Source: an uncultured Nitrospinota bacterium
GTDB taxonomy: Bacteria; Tectomicrobia; Entotheonellia; J063; CAVPRW01
Direction: 5' to 3'
Length of the DNA: 64,000 nucleotides
Assembly: GCA_963707985.1 (NCBI GenBank)
Contig: CAVPRW010000005.1
Location: 32,001 to 96,000 of the forward strand
In this document: positions 11,444-22,273 of the stretch, piece after piece
How the letters are laid out: the number at the start of each line of letters is the position of its first letter
Position numbering within the stretch: position 1 is the first letter of the stretch
Made by a program: the position numbers and the translations under genes
The notes under the pieces: generated by a model
Told to the model about the DNA's origin: nothing
Databases searched by the model: none
The model's input: only the letters and a program-made list of their open reading frames with translations

Positions 11444-13038
11444 ATGGCGGAGGTGTTTGTTCTAGGTGTCGGCATGACCGCCTTTGGAAAACGGAGTGAA
11501 ACGTTACCAGAGCTGATGGCTGAAGCGGCTGAGGCGGCGTTGAAGCGCTCTGGGCGTGAGACGCTAGATGCCATGTATGTTGGGGTGATGAACCCTGAGG
11601 AATTTTCGGGTGAGAGCAATATCGCCGCCGCGATCACGGACTACCTTGGCCTGTGGGGGTCTGCCCGCCACCCGGGTGGAGACGGCTTCCGCCACCGGTG
11701 CCGCGGCGCTTCACGCCGCCTTTTATGCGGTTGCCTCAGGATATCTGCGCTCTGTGCTGGTGCTGGCGGGGGAGAAAATGACCCACCTGAGCACGTCGCG
11801 GACGACGCGCATCCTCGCCCAGGTTATCGAGCGCTATGAGCGCAATTGTGGAGCCTCGATGCCCGCACTGGCGGCGATGCTCAGTCAGCGCTACATGAGC
11901 CAATACAAGATCTCTCTGCCGCAGATGCAGCGTGTGCTCTCGACGGTGGCCATCAAAAATCACTTCAACGGGGCACTCAACCCCTATGCCCACTTTCGTA
12001 CCGAAATCTCCTATGAGCAGTACGATCAAAGTCGGATTGTTTCCACCCCGCTACGGCTGTATGACTGTGCACCCATCAGCGATGGGGCGGCTGCGGTCAT
12101 CCTCACCTCCGACCCGACCGACATCAAAATCAGCGGTATTGGACAGGGGACCGATACACTGGGTGTGCGCTTCCGTGATTCCTTCACCGCCTTTCGTTCC
12201 ACGCAGCTGGCCGCGAAGAAAGCCTACGATATGGCCGGACTCAGGCCGCAGGATATCAATTTCGCAGAGGTGCACGACGCCTTCACGCCGTTTGAGGTCA
12301 TCGGTACGGAAGACTTGGGATTTTTCGAGCCGGGCAAGGGTGCCAGAGCCGCCGAGAAAGGGGGCACCAGTCTGGAAGGCGAATTCCCGGTGAACCCATC
12401 GGGTGGTTTGAAGGCTCGTGGCCATCCGGTTGGGGCCTCAGGACTGGCTCAGATCGTCGAAGTCGTCTGGCAACTCCGGCACGAGGTCGAGGCGCGTCGT
12501 CAGGTACCACAGAGTAACATCGGTCTGGCCCAGAGTACGGGCGGATTGGCCACCAATAACTTCGTGACTATTGTCGAGCGGGCCGATCAGAAACGGGTGA
12601 TCCCAGTCAATTGGCAAAGCCCGTATCAGGTCGCAGTCACCCCTTCTTCCCGCCCGAAACGTGACCCTGAAGTCGCTACCCGTGAAGGTGTCCTGCAAAC
12701 CTATACCGTGCTTTACACCACACCGGAAGGTTTTCGTTCGCCCCTCCAGATCGCGCTCATCGAGGATGACGAGAATTTCGTCATCATGGCCCGCGGCCGC
12801 AGTGCCGAACCGATACGCATCGGCACACGCGTCATTATCACCCGCATTGGGGAAACCTACTACTTTTTTAACCGCAGCCTCGCGGATAAGGTCCGCATCA
12901 TCTGGCGGCGGAAGTACCGTGATCTGGCGCATCACGATTTGGTCAAAGGCTTTTACTCCCGGCTCACGGCGGATATCGACCGCTTCACCCATGCCATATA
13001 CAAGACACGAGCGTCGTCGGCTGGAATTGCGAGGCTGA
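11444..13038 (+). CDS. SCP2-type thiolase-family protein fused to a DUF35-type OB fold (indel near 11658; 3' end 13038 or 13094)
   Basis: GVGMTAFG, CAPISDGAAA, EVHDAF, NPSGGLKARGHPVGASG; OB fold GVLQTYTVLY...PLQIALIE...IRIGTRV. Confidence 0.8.
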
Positions 13039-13042
13039 AACC

Positions 13043-13457
13043 ATGGTCGTCACGTGTGCGTTCTACGGTTTCATCAACCGAACGACCAAAGTAACCCTGC
13101 AAGTCGACCGCGAAGCGCTGGAGGTAGGTCAGTCGTTTACGTTTGAGGGAGATCAGTACGTCATTCTCTCGGTGTTCGAGGCCGATGATGACTACCGTGC
13201 CAACGTCGGCCCTGAACATCTGCAGCGTTTCCGTACGGTTGCTCGCCTGAAGGCTCCTGCCCCCAACACCCTGGTAGCCGCGCCCAAGGATGCCACACCA
13301 TCCAGGAAGCCCGGGCAGGAGACCGTCTTGCAGGCGCGCCTGAAGGCTACCGAAGCTGAGGCTCGAGGATGTACTCCGCGAGCGCGATGAAGCGCTCAAG
13401 CTGCTTGACCACGCCATTCAGCAACTTGATCGCCTGCAACAGATGGCGGAGCATTAA
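13043..13457 (+). CDS. Hypothetical protein with C-terminal coiled coil (indel near 13360)
   Basis: ORF 13043-13390 continues in another frame as LEDVLRERDEALKLLDHAIQQLDRLQQMAEH*. Confidence 0.55.
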
Positions 13458-13632
13458 GTAGCAGGGTGTTGGCCGTTCACCTCCATTCGTCCACTTCCTG
13501 GGGGGGTGGGCAGGGAGCGGACGCGTAAGCAGCATCATACGGCATAATGATGGCGCGTAGTACCTGGATCGTGTTAGACCCGTGAGTCGCGGGATCGCCA
13601 ATGGCAACCCTGGGCGGAGGGGCCACGCACCC

Positions 13633-14122
13633 ATGTTTCCAGAGAAGTTTCACGAGCTTGAAGAGAAGATTCGGCAGACAGCAGAGTTGATGGCGCAGCT
13701 TCGACAAGAGAAAATGCAACTGGAGCAGAAAAATCAAGAGGCGGAGAAGCGCATTGCCGAACTCGAGGGTGACATCAAACGTTTACGCGCTGAGCGCCAG
13801 CCAACCAGCCCCCCGACTGGACACGCTGATTCAGCATCTGAATACGCGGCCGGCGGATGCACAAGAGCAGGCACTGCATCGCCTGACAGAAACGCTTGTC
13901 AAAGAGCCCAACAACGTCACGGCGCTTTTCGAGTTAGGCAATGCATACGAACGTCAGGGGATGTACGAGCAGGCGATTCAGGAATATCGCCAGGCACTCA
14001 AGCTCGATGCGGATTTCGTGGATGCGATTGAACACCTGGCGTTCTTGCTCGAAAAGCTGAACCGTGACCATGAGGCATCGCCACTCTGGGAACGCATTCT
14101 GTCACTGAAAAAACACGCCTAG
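13633..14122 (+). CDS. Coiled-coil (ZapB-like) plus TPR protein (indel near 13805)
   Basis: MFPEKFHELEEKIRQTAELMAQLRQEK heptads; TPR ALFELGNAYERQGMYEQAIQEYRQALKLD; GGAGG RBS. Confidence 0.7.
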
Positions 14123-14180
14123 CCCTGCCCTGCTGCTGATCGGCGCTGTGCATGTATGCACTGACCCACGTCAACCCCCG

Positions 14181-14209
14181 TTGACCCTCTGCCGCAGGTG
14201 GTGTATAAG
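14181..14209 (+). promoter_or_regulatory. sigma70-type promoter
   Basis: TTGACC-N17-TATAAG upstream of the dehydrogenase gene. Confidence 0.55.
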
Positions 14210-14331
14210 GTGGGCGCTGATACGTGGACGAATAGGAGCCTTGCATCTACAACAGAGGATGGCATTATCCCGGCGCGCTTTTCAACGGTGCGCCTTCTCA
14301 TGATCAAGCTCATATACAGTAAGGAGCAGCA

Positions 14332-15537
14332 ATGGCCTACGAGACCCAGATCGAATCCGCGAAAACCCACTTCGGTAAGATCATTGAGGAGCAACTGGCC
14401 CGCGTCGAACGCCTCAAACAACAACCCGATTGGTTGGACTTCAATCAGGTTAAACCCATCAAAATCGGCATGATCGGTGGCGATGGGATTGGCCCGACGA
14501 TCGCCATCGAGTCGCAAAGGGTGCTAGAATATCTACTCCGCGACCAGGTGAGCAGCGGCAAGGTGGAATTCCGAACGATCGAAGGCTTGACTATCGAAAA
14601 CCGCGCCAAACATCTCAAGTCCATTCCCGACGATGTGCTGGCTGAGATCAAGGCATGCCATGTCACGCTGAAAGGCCCGACGCATACGCCGGAAAAAGGC
14701 GATGGCTGGCCCAATCTGGAAAGCGCCAACGTTGGCATGCGTAAAGAGTTGGACCTGTTTGCCAACGTGCGCCCGGTCCGTGTCCCCTCGCAAGGGATCG
14801 ACTGGACCTTCTTTCGCGAGAACACCGAGGATATGTATGCCGTGGGCAGCCAAGGGATTAACGTTACTGAAGACCTGGCCATGGACTTCCGGGTGATTAC
14901 CTCCCAGGGCTCGGAGCGTATTATCGATGCGGCCTTCGCGCACGCCAAGCGGACTGGCAAGAATTCGGTGACCATCGTCACCAAGGCGAACATCATCAAG
15001 ACCACCGATGGGAAATTCCTGGACATCGCCCGCCTTGTGTCCGAGCGCTATCCGGGCATCACGTGGGAAGGCTGGTACATCGACATCATGACCGCGGCCC
15101 TGATCAATCCAGCCCGCCAGAAGCAATTTCAGGTGCTGGCGCTGCCCAATCTCTACGGCGATATTCTCACCGACGAGGCGGCCCAGATTCAGGGCGGCGT
15201 GGGCACGGCCGGCAGTGCCAACATCGGGAAGGTGTACTCGATGTTCGAGGCGATCCACGGCAGTGCCCCCCGGATGGTCACTGAAGGCCGCGCCCAATAT
15301 GCCGACCCCAGTTCGATGATTCGTGCGGGAGCCATGCTGATGGAACACATTGGCTTCGCCGAGCAGGGGGCTAAACTCCACAAGGCCCTGGATGTGTGTG
15401 GCCAGTATGAAAAGAAAATGGTGATGACCGGCCGTAGTACCGGTGCGACCAGCGCTCAGTTTGGCGAGTATCTGATGCAGACGGTAGAGGACCCGAACCT
15501 CGACGCCAAATGGGAAGGCTATGTGAAGGCTGGATAA
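14332..15537 (+). CDS. Isocitrate/isopropylmalate dehydrogenase family (IDH-like)
   Basis: GDGIGP, SANVGMRKELDLFANVRP, RENTE, NLYGDILTD, FEAIHGSAP. Confidence 0.88.
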   Translation: MAYETQIESAKTHFGKIIEEQLARVERLKQQPDWLDFNQVKPIKIGMIGGDGIGPTIAIESQRVLEYLLRDQVSSGKVEFRTIEGLTIENRAKHLKSIPDDVLAEIKACHVTLKGPTHTPEKGDGWPNLESANVGMRKELDLFANVRPVRVPSQGIDWTFFRENTEDMYAVGSQGINVTEDLAMDFRVITSQGSERIIDAAFAHAKRTGKNSVTIVTKANIIKTTDGKFLDIARLVSERYPGITWEGWYIDIMTAALINPARQKQFQVLALPNLYGDILTDEAAQIQGGVGTAGSANIGKVYSMFEAIHGSAPRMVTEGRAQYADPSSMIRAGAMLMEHIGFAEQGAKLHKALDVCGQYEKKMVMTGRSTGATSAQFGEYLMQTVEDPNLDAKWEGYVKAG

Positions 15538-15614
15538 ACCGGCACCGCAGCCGTCGTCCCCCGCTCCAGTATGAAAGGCGAGCGGGGCATTGAAAAGCTG
15601 GATAGGCTCGCACC

Positions 15615-16469
15615 ATGGCTGCACTACTCCTGGGGAAACCGGTTTCCGATCGGATCCGCACCGAGGTGGGCAACGAGATCACGCGCCTAGCGCCGCATGC
15701 TCCCTATCCACCGGGTCTGGCCGTCATTCTGGTTGGCAACGACCCGGCTTCGGCAGTCTACGTGCGCAACAAGCAGCGTGCCTGTGAGAAGGTGGGCATC
15801 CGTTCGGTGTCCCGCCTTCTTCCCTGCAACACTGGTGAGCGCACCTTATTGTCGTGTATCCAGGAGTTCAACGACGATCCCCACATTCATGGCATTCTGG
15901 TTCAACTTCCACTTCCCTCGCCCGAGCATGAAGCGACGGCAATCGAAAGCATTGCCCCACTGAAAGATGTCGACGGCTTTCACCCGCTGAACGTTGCCAA
16001 GCTCTTCGAAGGTCAGCCGTATCTGGTGCCCAGTACACCAGCCGGCATCCTGGAACTGCTCGCGTTGCATCAGGTACCGATTGCCGATAGCCGGGTAGTC
16101 ATTATCGGCGCCAGCAACATCGTGGGTAAACCCATGGCCCTGTGCATGCTGCACCACCATGCCGTCGTCACCATCTGCCACAAATATACACGTGACCTGG
16201 CGGCAATCAGCCGTGAAGCCGACATTTTGATCACGGCCGTCGGCAAGCAAAAATTGGTGACAGCAGACATGGTCAAACTGGGGGCGGTCGTCATCGATGT
16301 AGGGATCACGCTGGTGGAAGGGCGTGCGGTAGGGGATGTCGACTTTGAACCGGTGGCGGAGAAAGCCAGCTTGCTCACCCCCGTGCCGGGTGGTGTCGGC
16401 CCGCTTACCATCGCGCTGCTCCTGGCCAACACCCTGAAAGCCTATAAAACGATCCTCGGATTCTCCTAG
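15615..16469 (+). CDS. folD: Bifunctional methylene-THF dehydrogenase/cyclohydrolase
   Basis: YVRNK, GILVQLPLP, KDVDGFHP, GASNIVGKP, TPVPGGVGP. Confidence 0.96.
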   Translation: MAALLLGKPVSDRIRTEVGNEITRLAPHAPYPPGLAVILVGNDPASAVYVRNKQRACEKVGIRSVSRLLPCNTGERTLLSCIQEFNDDPHIHGILVQLPLPSPEHEATAIESIAPLKDVDGFHPLNVAKLFEGQPYLVPSTPAGILELLALHQVPIADSRVVIIGASNIVGKPMALCMLHHHAVVTICHKYTRDLAAISREADILITAVGKQKLVTADMVKLGAVVIDVGITLVEGRAVGDVDFEPVAEKASLLTPVPGGVGPLTIALLLANTLKAYKTILGFS

Positions 16470-16583
16470 CCGTTGGTATTCGTGATGCCGAGGCGAGTGG
16501 CGAGGCAAGGGAGCCAGCGGGCCGACCTCTATCCGACCCCCTCATCCTCCTCGAGAGCCTAGAAAGCGCCTAAAGGGCTATCT

Positions 16584-19292
16584 TCAGTTTTTCCCTGCTT
16601 CGCGTTGGCGATACCGCCACTCTGGCACGAGGAGTTTAATTTCGCGCTCGAGGACAACACGCTCCAACACCACCTGTTCGAGGTCCTCTGAGGCATGGGT
16701 GTCGCGATCCTGCCGCATCTCAGCGACCATGATGCCAAGCGCGGTCAGGTGTTTATCCAACACGGCGGCTAGTGCGCTGTTATCAGACAGACCCTTGACT
16801 TCCCTCATCTTCTTCTCCAACGTCTCTTCGATCTCATCTCGGAAGCTGGAAGTCGGATCATGGTAGCGGTGCTCGAAGGTGAGGTAAGCCTGGCGGCGTC
16901 CACGTCCGAGCGGTTCAGGCTCTTCGTGCAGGTAAAAGTCGTGCAGGTCCTGGTAAATCAGGCCCAGGCAAGCCCCTAACGCAAAGGCACGCATGCTAGG
17001 GCTCTTTTCCTCACCACGTGGCACGATGAGGGGGATCTGTAGCGTACGATTGATGTGAAGACGGGCGCGTTCTTCTAGCCTTTCTGCCAGGTAAAGCTCT
17101 TGGTAATCCTTGAGACGCTGGAGGCCCCGCAATGACACACCGTGGGCAGTGCGAAAGACAATCAATTGATCGGCATCATACGTATTTGACGGTTCAACAT
17201 CGGTTAGCCCGAGATGGGTCAGTAGCTGTCCCGTGCGCGAATTGCTGTACTGTCCAAAGGCCGAGGCTTCGATGATATTGTTCCGCATCGGGTAGGCTGG
17301 ATCGATTTTCCAATTCGGTGCAGCCCGGTTGATTTGCGCCTCCAGGGTTTCCTCGACATTGCCGACGCGAAACAGAAGATCCTCATAATCGAGCATATGG
17401 GCCATCTGTCGGTAGCCGTCCATCGCTAACTGCGCCACGCGCTCAGCCAGTGCCCGCGGCCCCTGAGACTCTTCCCCGGCGAGGACTTCGAGATGGGCGC
17501 GTTTGGTCTCGCGTAGGAACAGGGTGACCACTTCCTCCACTTTCGGTCGGATCAGGCTTTGCAGATCTTCAAAGCGGCACACCGGAAACCGTGCATTGAC
17601 GCGGTAGCGGCTATCTCGCGACAGGTCTTGGTCCTCCGACAGGCGAGCGATCTCGCGCTGCAGGGTGTCGAGATTCGTCATCAAGGTCTTGACGAACTCC
17701 ATCGCCTCGAAGGCAAACTTGCGTAGTGAGCGATAGAAGTGGAGCTGCTTCTCCAGCCGCTGTGAAGTCTGCAAACGTTCGGCGAACGAGGTCAGTTGGC
17801 CGTTGATCACGGCATTTTCCAGCGTTTCGCTGCGGAATTCTTCCCCCGCCAAACGCGCCGATTTGGCCAGCCGCTCGATCTGCTCCAGACAGTGTTTTTC
17901 GATTGACTCCACCGGGGTGCACAGCGCTTTCAGGAACTCCAGCGCCGCCGGATAACGCCGCCCCGGACGTTCGATGAGCTCCCACAGTCGCTCCTTCAAG
18001 GCGGCGCGAAACGTCGTATCCAGAGCCTCCAAGCGTTCGCGCGCCTTGGCCAAAGCCTCCTCATAAGCGTCGAGATAGTTAGTGACCTGGCGCTCGAACA
18101 AGCGGATATAGGGATTCATGTCTCCAGCTTTGCGTGGCAGCTCACGTCCCCATTCGATGGGACGAGTGTGGGGCTCCATCGACTCCAGCAAATCGAGCCG
18201 AATCTCATGGCCGCGCACGAAGTGTTCCGTTTCCTCATGCACCGCCTCCGAGGACACCGGTACGGTGCTGAGGCAATCGATGATAGCACTACGCAGCAGC
18301 GTGGCATCGAAGGGTACCTCACCGACCGAGATACCATAAGTGCTGTAAGCACAGATCATTCCACGATCATCGAGAGCTTGCAACTCGGCAGGCAGACAGT
18401 TGGCGGCGCGTTCTTCGATTTGTTTACCAACCGGCGAGTAGATGAACGTCAGGATTGCCTCACCCACAGCCCCAGCCAGGCTTTCGATGTCGATCGTTCC
18501 CTCTTCGGTCTGACCATCGAGGAGATAGCTGTAGCGGAATGGTGCCTGATTGGTATGCTCGATGGCTTCATCGCCATAATCCGCCCGCCACTCACCGGTG
18601 CGCGTATGGTAATCGAGCTCGGCAAGCGTGGCATAGCCGTTCTTCCGCAACTTATCCTTGGAGCCGATGACGTTGAACGCCTCAGGCAGCACCAGGTGTC
18701 CATCCACCCGCACGCCATCGGTCAGTCGTCCCGCCCACCAATGCAGGTTGTACACCAAGTCGAGGACCATACCCGAACCCGTCCCCCCGCACACCGACGA
18801 AATCACGTGAATGTCGAGCCCGTCTCCAGTGATATATCGCAACCCTAGCTCGGCGGCACGACGGGGCAAGCTCTCGTCCAGCAGCGCGCGCATCTTACCG
18901 ACGAGAATCTCTTCGATGCGGCGCCGTCGCAGGAAAAAACACAGCCGCCCGACTGGACGAATGCCCTCGGCCCCTGAGCTGATCTGGCCGGGGCGCAGGG
19001 TTGGAGGAAACCATGGCCGGATGTGCTCATAGGTGTGCTCGCGGTGCATGGCGTCGATGATGCGATTGGCGTTATAGCCCCCACAGGAAAAGTATTCCGA
19101 CGGCGGCAGCTTGCGAACCTTCTGGCTTGGTGTGTCGATGACTTGAAAGCGCACGAGCCCCTCTTCTACCAGTTCAGGGAGCATCTGCAACATCTTTTCC
19201 TTGACCGAGGTCACCCCTAAGTAGCCGGTGCCACCGATGCCGATGACCAAGGTGGGTCGAAGCTCCGCAATCGAACCGGCAGATCTCTTCAT
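16584..19292 (-). CDS. Tubulin-like (Tubulin_2/FtsZl1-type) protein with long helical C-terminus
   Basis: TLVIGIGGTG, GAEGIRPVGR, tubulin signature SVCGGTGSG, NGYATLAEL; AAAGGGGGAG RBS before ATG 19292. Confidence 0.85.
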   Translation of the reverse strand: MKRSAGSIAELRPTLVIGIGGTGYLGVTSVKEKMLQMLPELVEEGLVRFQVIDTPSQKVRKLPPSEYFSCGGYNANRIIDAMHREHTYEHIRPWFPPTLRPGQISSGAEGIRPVGRLCFFLRRRRIEEILVGKMRALLDESLPRRAAELGLRYITGDGLDIHVISSVCGGTGSGMVLDLVYNLHWWAGRLTDGVRVDGHLVLPEAFNVIGSKDKLRKNGYATLAELDYHTRTGEWRADYGDEAIEHTNQAPFRYSYLLDGQTEEGTIDIESLAGAVGEAILTFIYSPVGKQIEERAANCLPAELQALDDRGMICAYSTYGISVGEVPFDATLLRSAIIDCLSTVPVSSEAVHEETEHFVRGHEIRLDLLESMEPHTRPIEWGRELPRKAGDMNPYIRLFERQVTNYLDAYEEALAKARERLEALDTTFRAALKERLWELIERPGRRYPAALEFLKALCTPVESIEKHCLEQIERLAKSARLAGEEFRSETLENAVINGQLTSFAERLQTSQRLEKQLHFYRSLRKFAFEAMEFVKTLMTNLDTLQREIARLSEDQDLSRDSRYRVNARFPVCRFEDLQSLIRPKVEEVVTLFLRETKRAHLEVLAGEESQGPRALAERVAQLAMDGYRQMAHMLDYEDLLFRVGNVEETLEAQINRAAPNWKIDPAYPMRNNIIEASAFGQYSNSRTGQLLTHLGLTDVEPSNTYDADQLIVFRTAHGVSLRGLQRLKDYQELYLAERLEERARLHINRTLQIPLIVPRGEEKSPSMRAFALGACLGLIYQDLHDFYLHEEPEPLGRGRRQAYLTFEHRYHDPTSSFRDEIEETLEKKMREVKGLSDNSALAAVLDKHLTALGIMVAEMRQDRDTHASEDLEQVVLERVVLEREIKLLVPEWRYRQREAGKN

Positions 19293-19374
19293 CGTCTCCC
19301 CCTTTGTAAAAACGGTGCTGAGGACGGAGTATCGAGGGTCTTGGGTCTTGGGCCTCGCGACTCGATCCCGTCTT

Positions 19375-21636
19375 TTACGCATCAAAGCTCATCTCATAGT
19401 TGCCGAACCGCACGTGGACGGGTTTTTCCAGGGTTTCCCCATCCGTCAACATGACCCCTCGCTTGTCTGCTACCTCAACCCCGTTCACCGACACATGGCT
19501 GGGAGTTCGGAAGCTCCGCAAATATAGTGCCCCCGATCGTTCCCACCACGGTCCCGCGTAGATCGCGACATCGATCTCATCGCTTGTCTCGCGCCGATCT
19601 AACAGGTAATCGCAGTGTGGCTCGGTCCCAATGGTTGCCCCCTTTCTTGGAAAGACTCGTCGCCAGGTTTCCTCCTTGGGATTACTATTCAACACGAACA
19701 GCTGTGGAGTCCCTGATCCAGTCGACAACAACCAACCGCGGAGAGGGGTTCGGATATAGTGGCCGATGAATGCCATCCCGGCCGCGCAGACCATTCCCAA
19801 CGCCATTCCTCCCAACGAGACGTATTTGATGATGCGACCTGTGGTCCAGGGCATTGACGCAACTGTCAATGTTGTTGGGTAAATGATTTGTACCGGATGC
19901 ACGCGCAAGCTTTTGGTGCTGATGAGTCGGTCGTCCCACACTTCCGCCCTGGCGTTCCCTTCCGCCCGGAACGTCACGCTATAAGCTCCAGCAAAGGGTA
20001 GAGTGAAGAGTTGACTGCGATAGAGCACGGTCTCTCCCTGACTGACTCGATCGAGCGGGAACACGTGCCATGATTGACCATCGCGCCCCACTTCGGCTTG
20101 CACGAGCGGCTCACGGCGAAAGTCGACCACAGTGCCGCCGACCAGCTCGGCCAACAACTCGATGCGGTCCCCAGCAAAGACCGGCGCTTGGGCACGGCCA
20201 TTGTCGGACGCGAGGATCGGTGAGACAGTGGAGAGTTCATGGCGCATCACCGTGAAGTGAAAATAGGGCGCACCAACCTTGAAGGAGGTGCTAAGCTTGC
20301 GGTTGAGACTCGGATATTGTTCGCTCAAGAGTTCCACTTCGAGGCGATAATCACCTTCTGTGACGGTCTCCTCGAACATGCCTGAAAACACGAAATGACC
20401 GTCTTCCCCACGCGGGGTAAGCCGCCTGGACACCGGTAGCGACGCATGTGGATGCCAGATGCTGGCCACGATTTCCGTCTGCTTTAAGAACTCCGCCAGT
20501 TGTGTATCTTCCTGCAAGTTCCGCAAGCCCAATGAGTGGACCTTGACCCCCAGCTGCACAACCTCATGGAGCGCATACTCCTGCTTGGGGGGGTATTCCC
20601 AGGCGAAGGTGATCGCCGAGTGCACCAAGGCCTTGGTATCCTGGACCGGATTGCCGCTTTGATCAACCACCTGATAGATGCCCTCGTATCCATCGAGGGC
20701 ATCTATCGGCCGGGAGAAAATCGCCAGAGACCAGTGTTGGTAGGGATAGACACGCATCCATGGGCTTTCTGTAGGTGCGGCCAGCCCCAAACCGACGCGT
20801 TGTCCCCGTGGAGTCACCAATACCATGTCGCGTGGGCCGATGACAATGGCTTCCGCATCGAACCGATTCAGGTAAAATCTGCCGTCCGCCTGCCGCGGCA
20901 AGGTGTACAGGGTTGGGGGCCGCACCTGCAGGAAGATGTCGAGAAAGGCATCAAGGTAGTCCCGTTGACGGAGAATACGGTAGAATTTGCCGTTCGTGCT
21001 TTCGGCGATTTCTTTCAACAAAAGCTCGCCAGCAGTCATCTGGATGGGTGCGTTGGGTTGCGGCTCAGTACCACCAGCCAAGGCTTTTCGGGAGTACTCG
21101 GTAAGAGCTATCGTGAAGACGAGAATATTCTCTTGACGCAACTTGGGATAGAGCGCCCGTAACTCGCGCAACGCCAGGTCGTCGTCTCGGGTCCAACGTT
21201 GGGCGGCGCGCCCGGAACGGTCCAGCTCGCCATCGCTCATGACGACGAGATACCGCGTCCCACCACGCCCCTCTAGCATTTCGACTCCCTTGGCCATCCC
21301 AAGTCCAATCTCCGTGCGCTGGGCCCGACTATCGATTGGTGGGAGACTGTCCTTAAGACTTTTCACGCTTTCGCGTCGGATGGCCGTCACAGGTTGCATG
21401 ACGCGGGCTTTAGCCCCGAAAAACATGACACCCAGATGATTGCCTTCCACGCTGTTGAGGAGATCGATGAATGTTTGCTCACCATCGCTCCGGAGGTTGT
21501 GGGGGTCATTATCTTGCATCGAGCGCGAGATATCGAGCACAAGGGCACCAGTTGACTCCCACGCACTCTCGGCAACGCACCACAGGCTTAAGAGCGCAAC
21601 GAGGCATCCCCAGGTCCCAATGACCTTTCGTCTCAT
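19375..21636 (-). CDS. Signal peptide + vWA domain + beta-rich region + TM + degenerate FHA-like domain
   Basis: MIDAS LVLDISRSM, TEIGLGM, VVMSDG; TM YVSLGGMALGMVCAAGMAFI; C-terminal ATIG...VSVNGVEV...LTDGE...VRFG. Confidence 0.8.
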   Translation of the reverse strand: MRRKVIGTWGCLVALLSLWCVAESAWESTGALVLDISRSMQDNDPHNLRSDGEQTFIDLLNSVEGNHLGVMFFGAKARVMQPVTAIRRESVKSLKDSLPPIDSRAQRTEIGLGMAKGVEMLEGRGGTRYLVVMSDGELDRSGRAAQRWTRDDDLALRELRALYPKLRQENILVFTIALTEYSRKALAGGTEPQPNAPIQMTAGELLLKEIAESTNGKFYRILRQRDYLDAFLDIFLQVRPPTLYTLPRQADGRFYLNRFDAEAIVIGPRDMVLVTPRGQRVGLGLAAPTESPWMRVYPYQHWSLAIFSRPIDALDGYEGIYQVVDQSGNPVQDTKALVHSAITFAWEYPPKQEYALHEVVQLGVKVHSLGLRNLQEDTQLAEFLKQTEIVASIWHPHASLPVSRRLTPRGEDGHFVFSGMFEETVTEGDYRLEVELLSEQYPSLNRKLSTSFKVGAPYFHFTVMRHELSTVSPILASDNGRAQAPVFAGDRIELLAELVGGTVVDFRREPLVQAEVGRDGQSWHVFPLDRVSQGETVLYRSQLFTLPFAGAYSVTFRAEGNARAEVWDDRLISTKSLRVHPVQIIYPTTLTVASMPWTTGRIIKYVSLGGMALGMVCAAGMAFIGHYIRTPLRGWLLSTGSGTPQLFVLNSNPKEETWRRVFPRKGATIGTEPHCDYLLDRRETSDEIDVAIYAGPWWERSGALYLRSFRTPSHVSVNGVEVADKRGVMLTDGETLEKPVHVRFGNYEMSFDA

Positions 21637-22273
21637 ACCAGCCCTCCCTCGTGTATGCACTCGATGGACTTGGGTGTTGCGCTGAAACCTTTCACAAGCC
21701 CATTTTATTCGGTGTCCTCTACCTGCTATCCTAACGACGACAATTCTCCTTTGCAACACTTTGCACCGTATCAGTCTGAATTTTCTGACGAGTCGAATAG
21801 TCGTCAATCAACCCGCGATCTGCCGCGGAGCGGGTAGACCACGTCACCTGTTGCAGATGAAGGGCTGCCTCACACCGGCATCGCCATAGACGATCGTTTG
21901 GACCTCCAAGGTCATGAGCGAGACGATCATGGCCCCTCTGGCGCCGATGGGGGAGCGCATGGTATGTCTTGGCCGCCAGTGGCGAGTCGGGGCAGTGGCA
22001 CGTACATCTGATGGGGGATGGAGGAAGAAGAGACGGGCTATGCAGGTGATTGGGGCCGATGGACCGGTACCCACCTCGGCCATATTGCGATGCTGCAATC
22101 ATCAACGCGTTAACGTCCTGAGTGTGCTCGCACGGACCTGCGCATCCGGAACAGAATTGTGGCCAGAGACGGAGGCTGCCAAGGGTAGAACGGTATGGCA
22201 CTGGCGAGACCCTCTGGCACGCAGGGTCCCATCAGACCTGACCCTATGGGAACACCTGCGCCCCAGTGATAGA

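Noticed and set aside
14123..14331. 6S RNA after the ZapB-like gene
   Set aside because: No long irregular hairpin recognised; the region contains an ordinary promoter and no zapA.
21752..21768. sigma54-like motif upstream of the vWA gene (CGGTGCAAAGTGTTGCA on the minus strand)
   Set aside because: GG-N11-GC spacing and a poor -24 box; plausible only if an indel error is present.
21637..22273. Short ORFs between the small sigma54 gene and the vWA gene
   Set aside because: Overlapping ORFs on both strands with no RBS or motif support.
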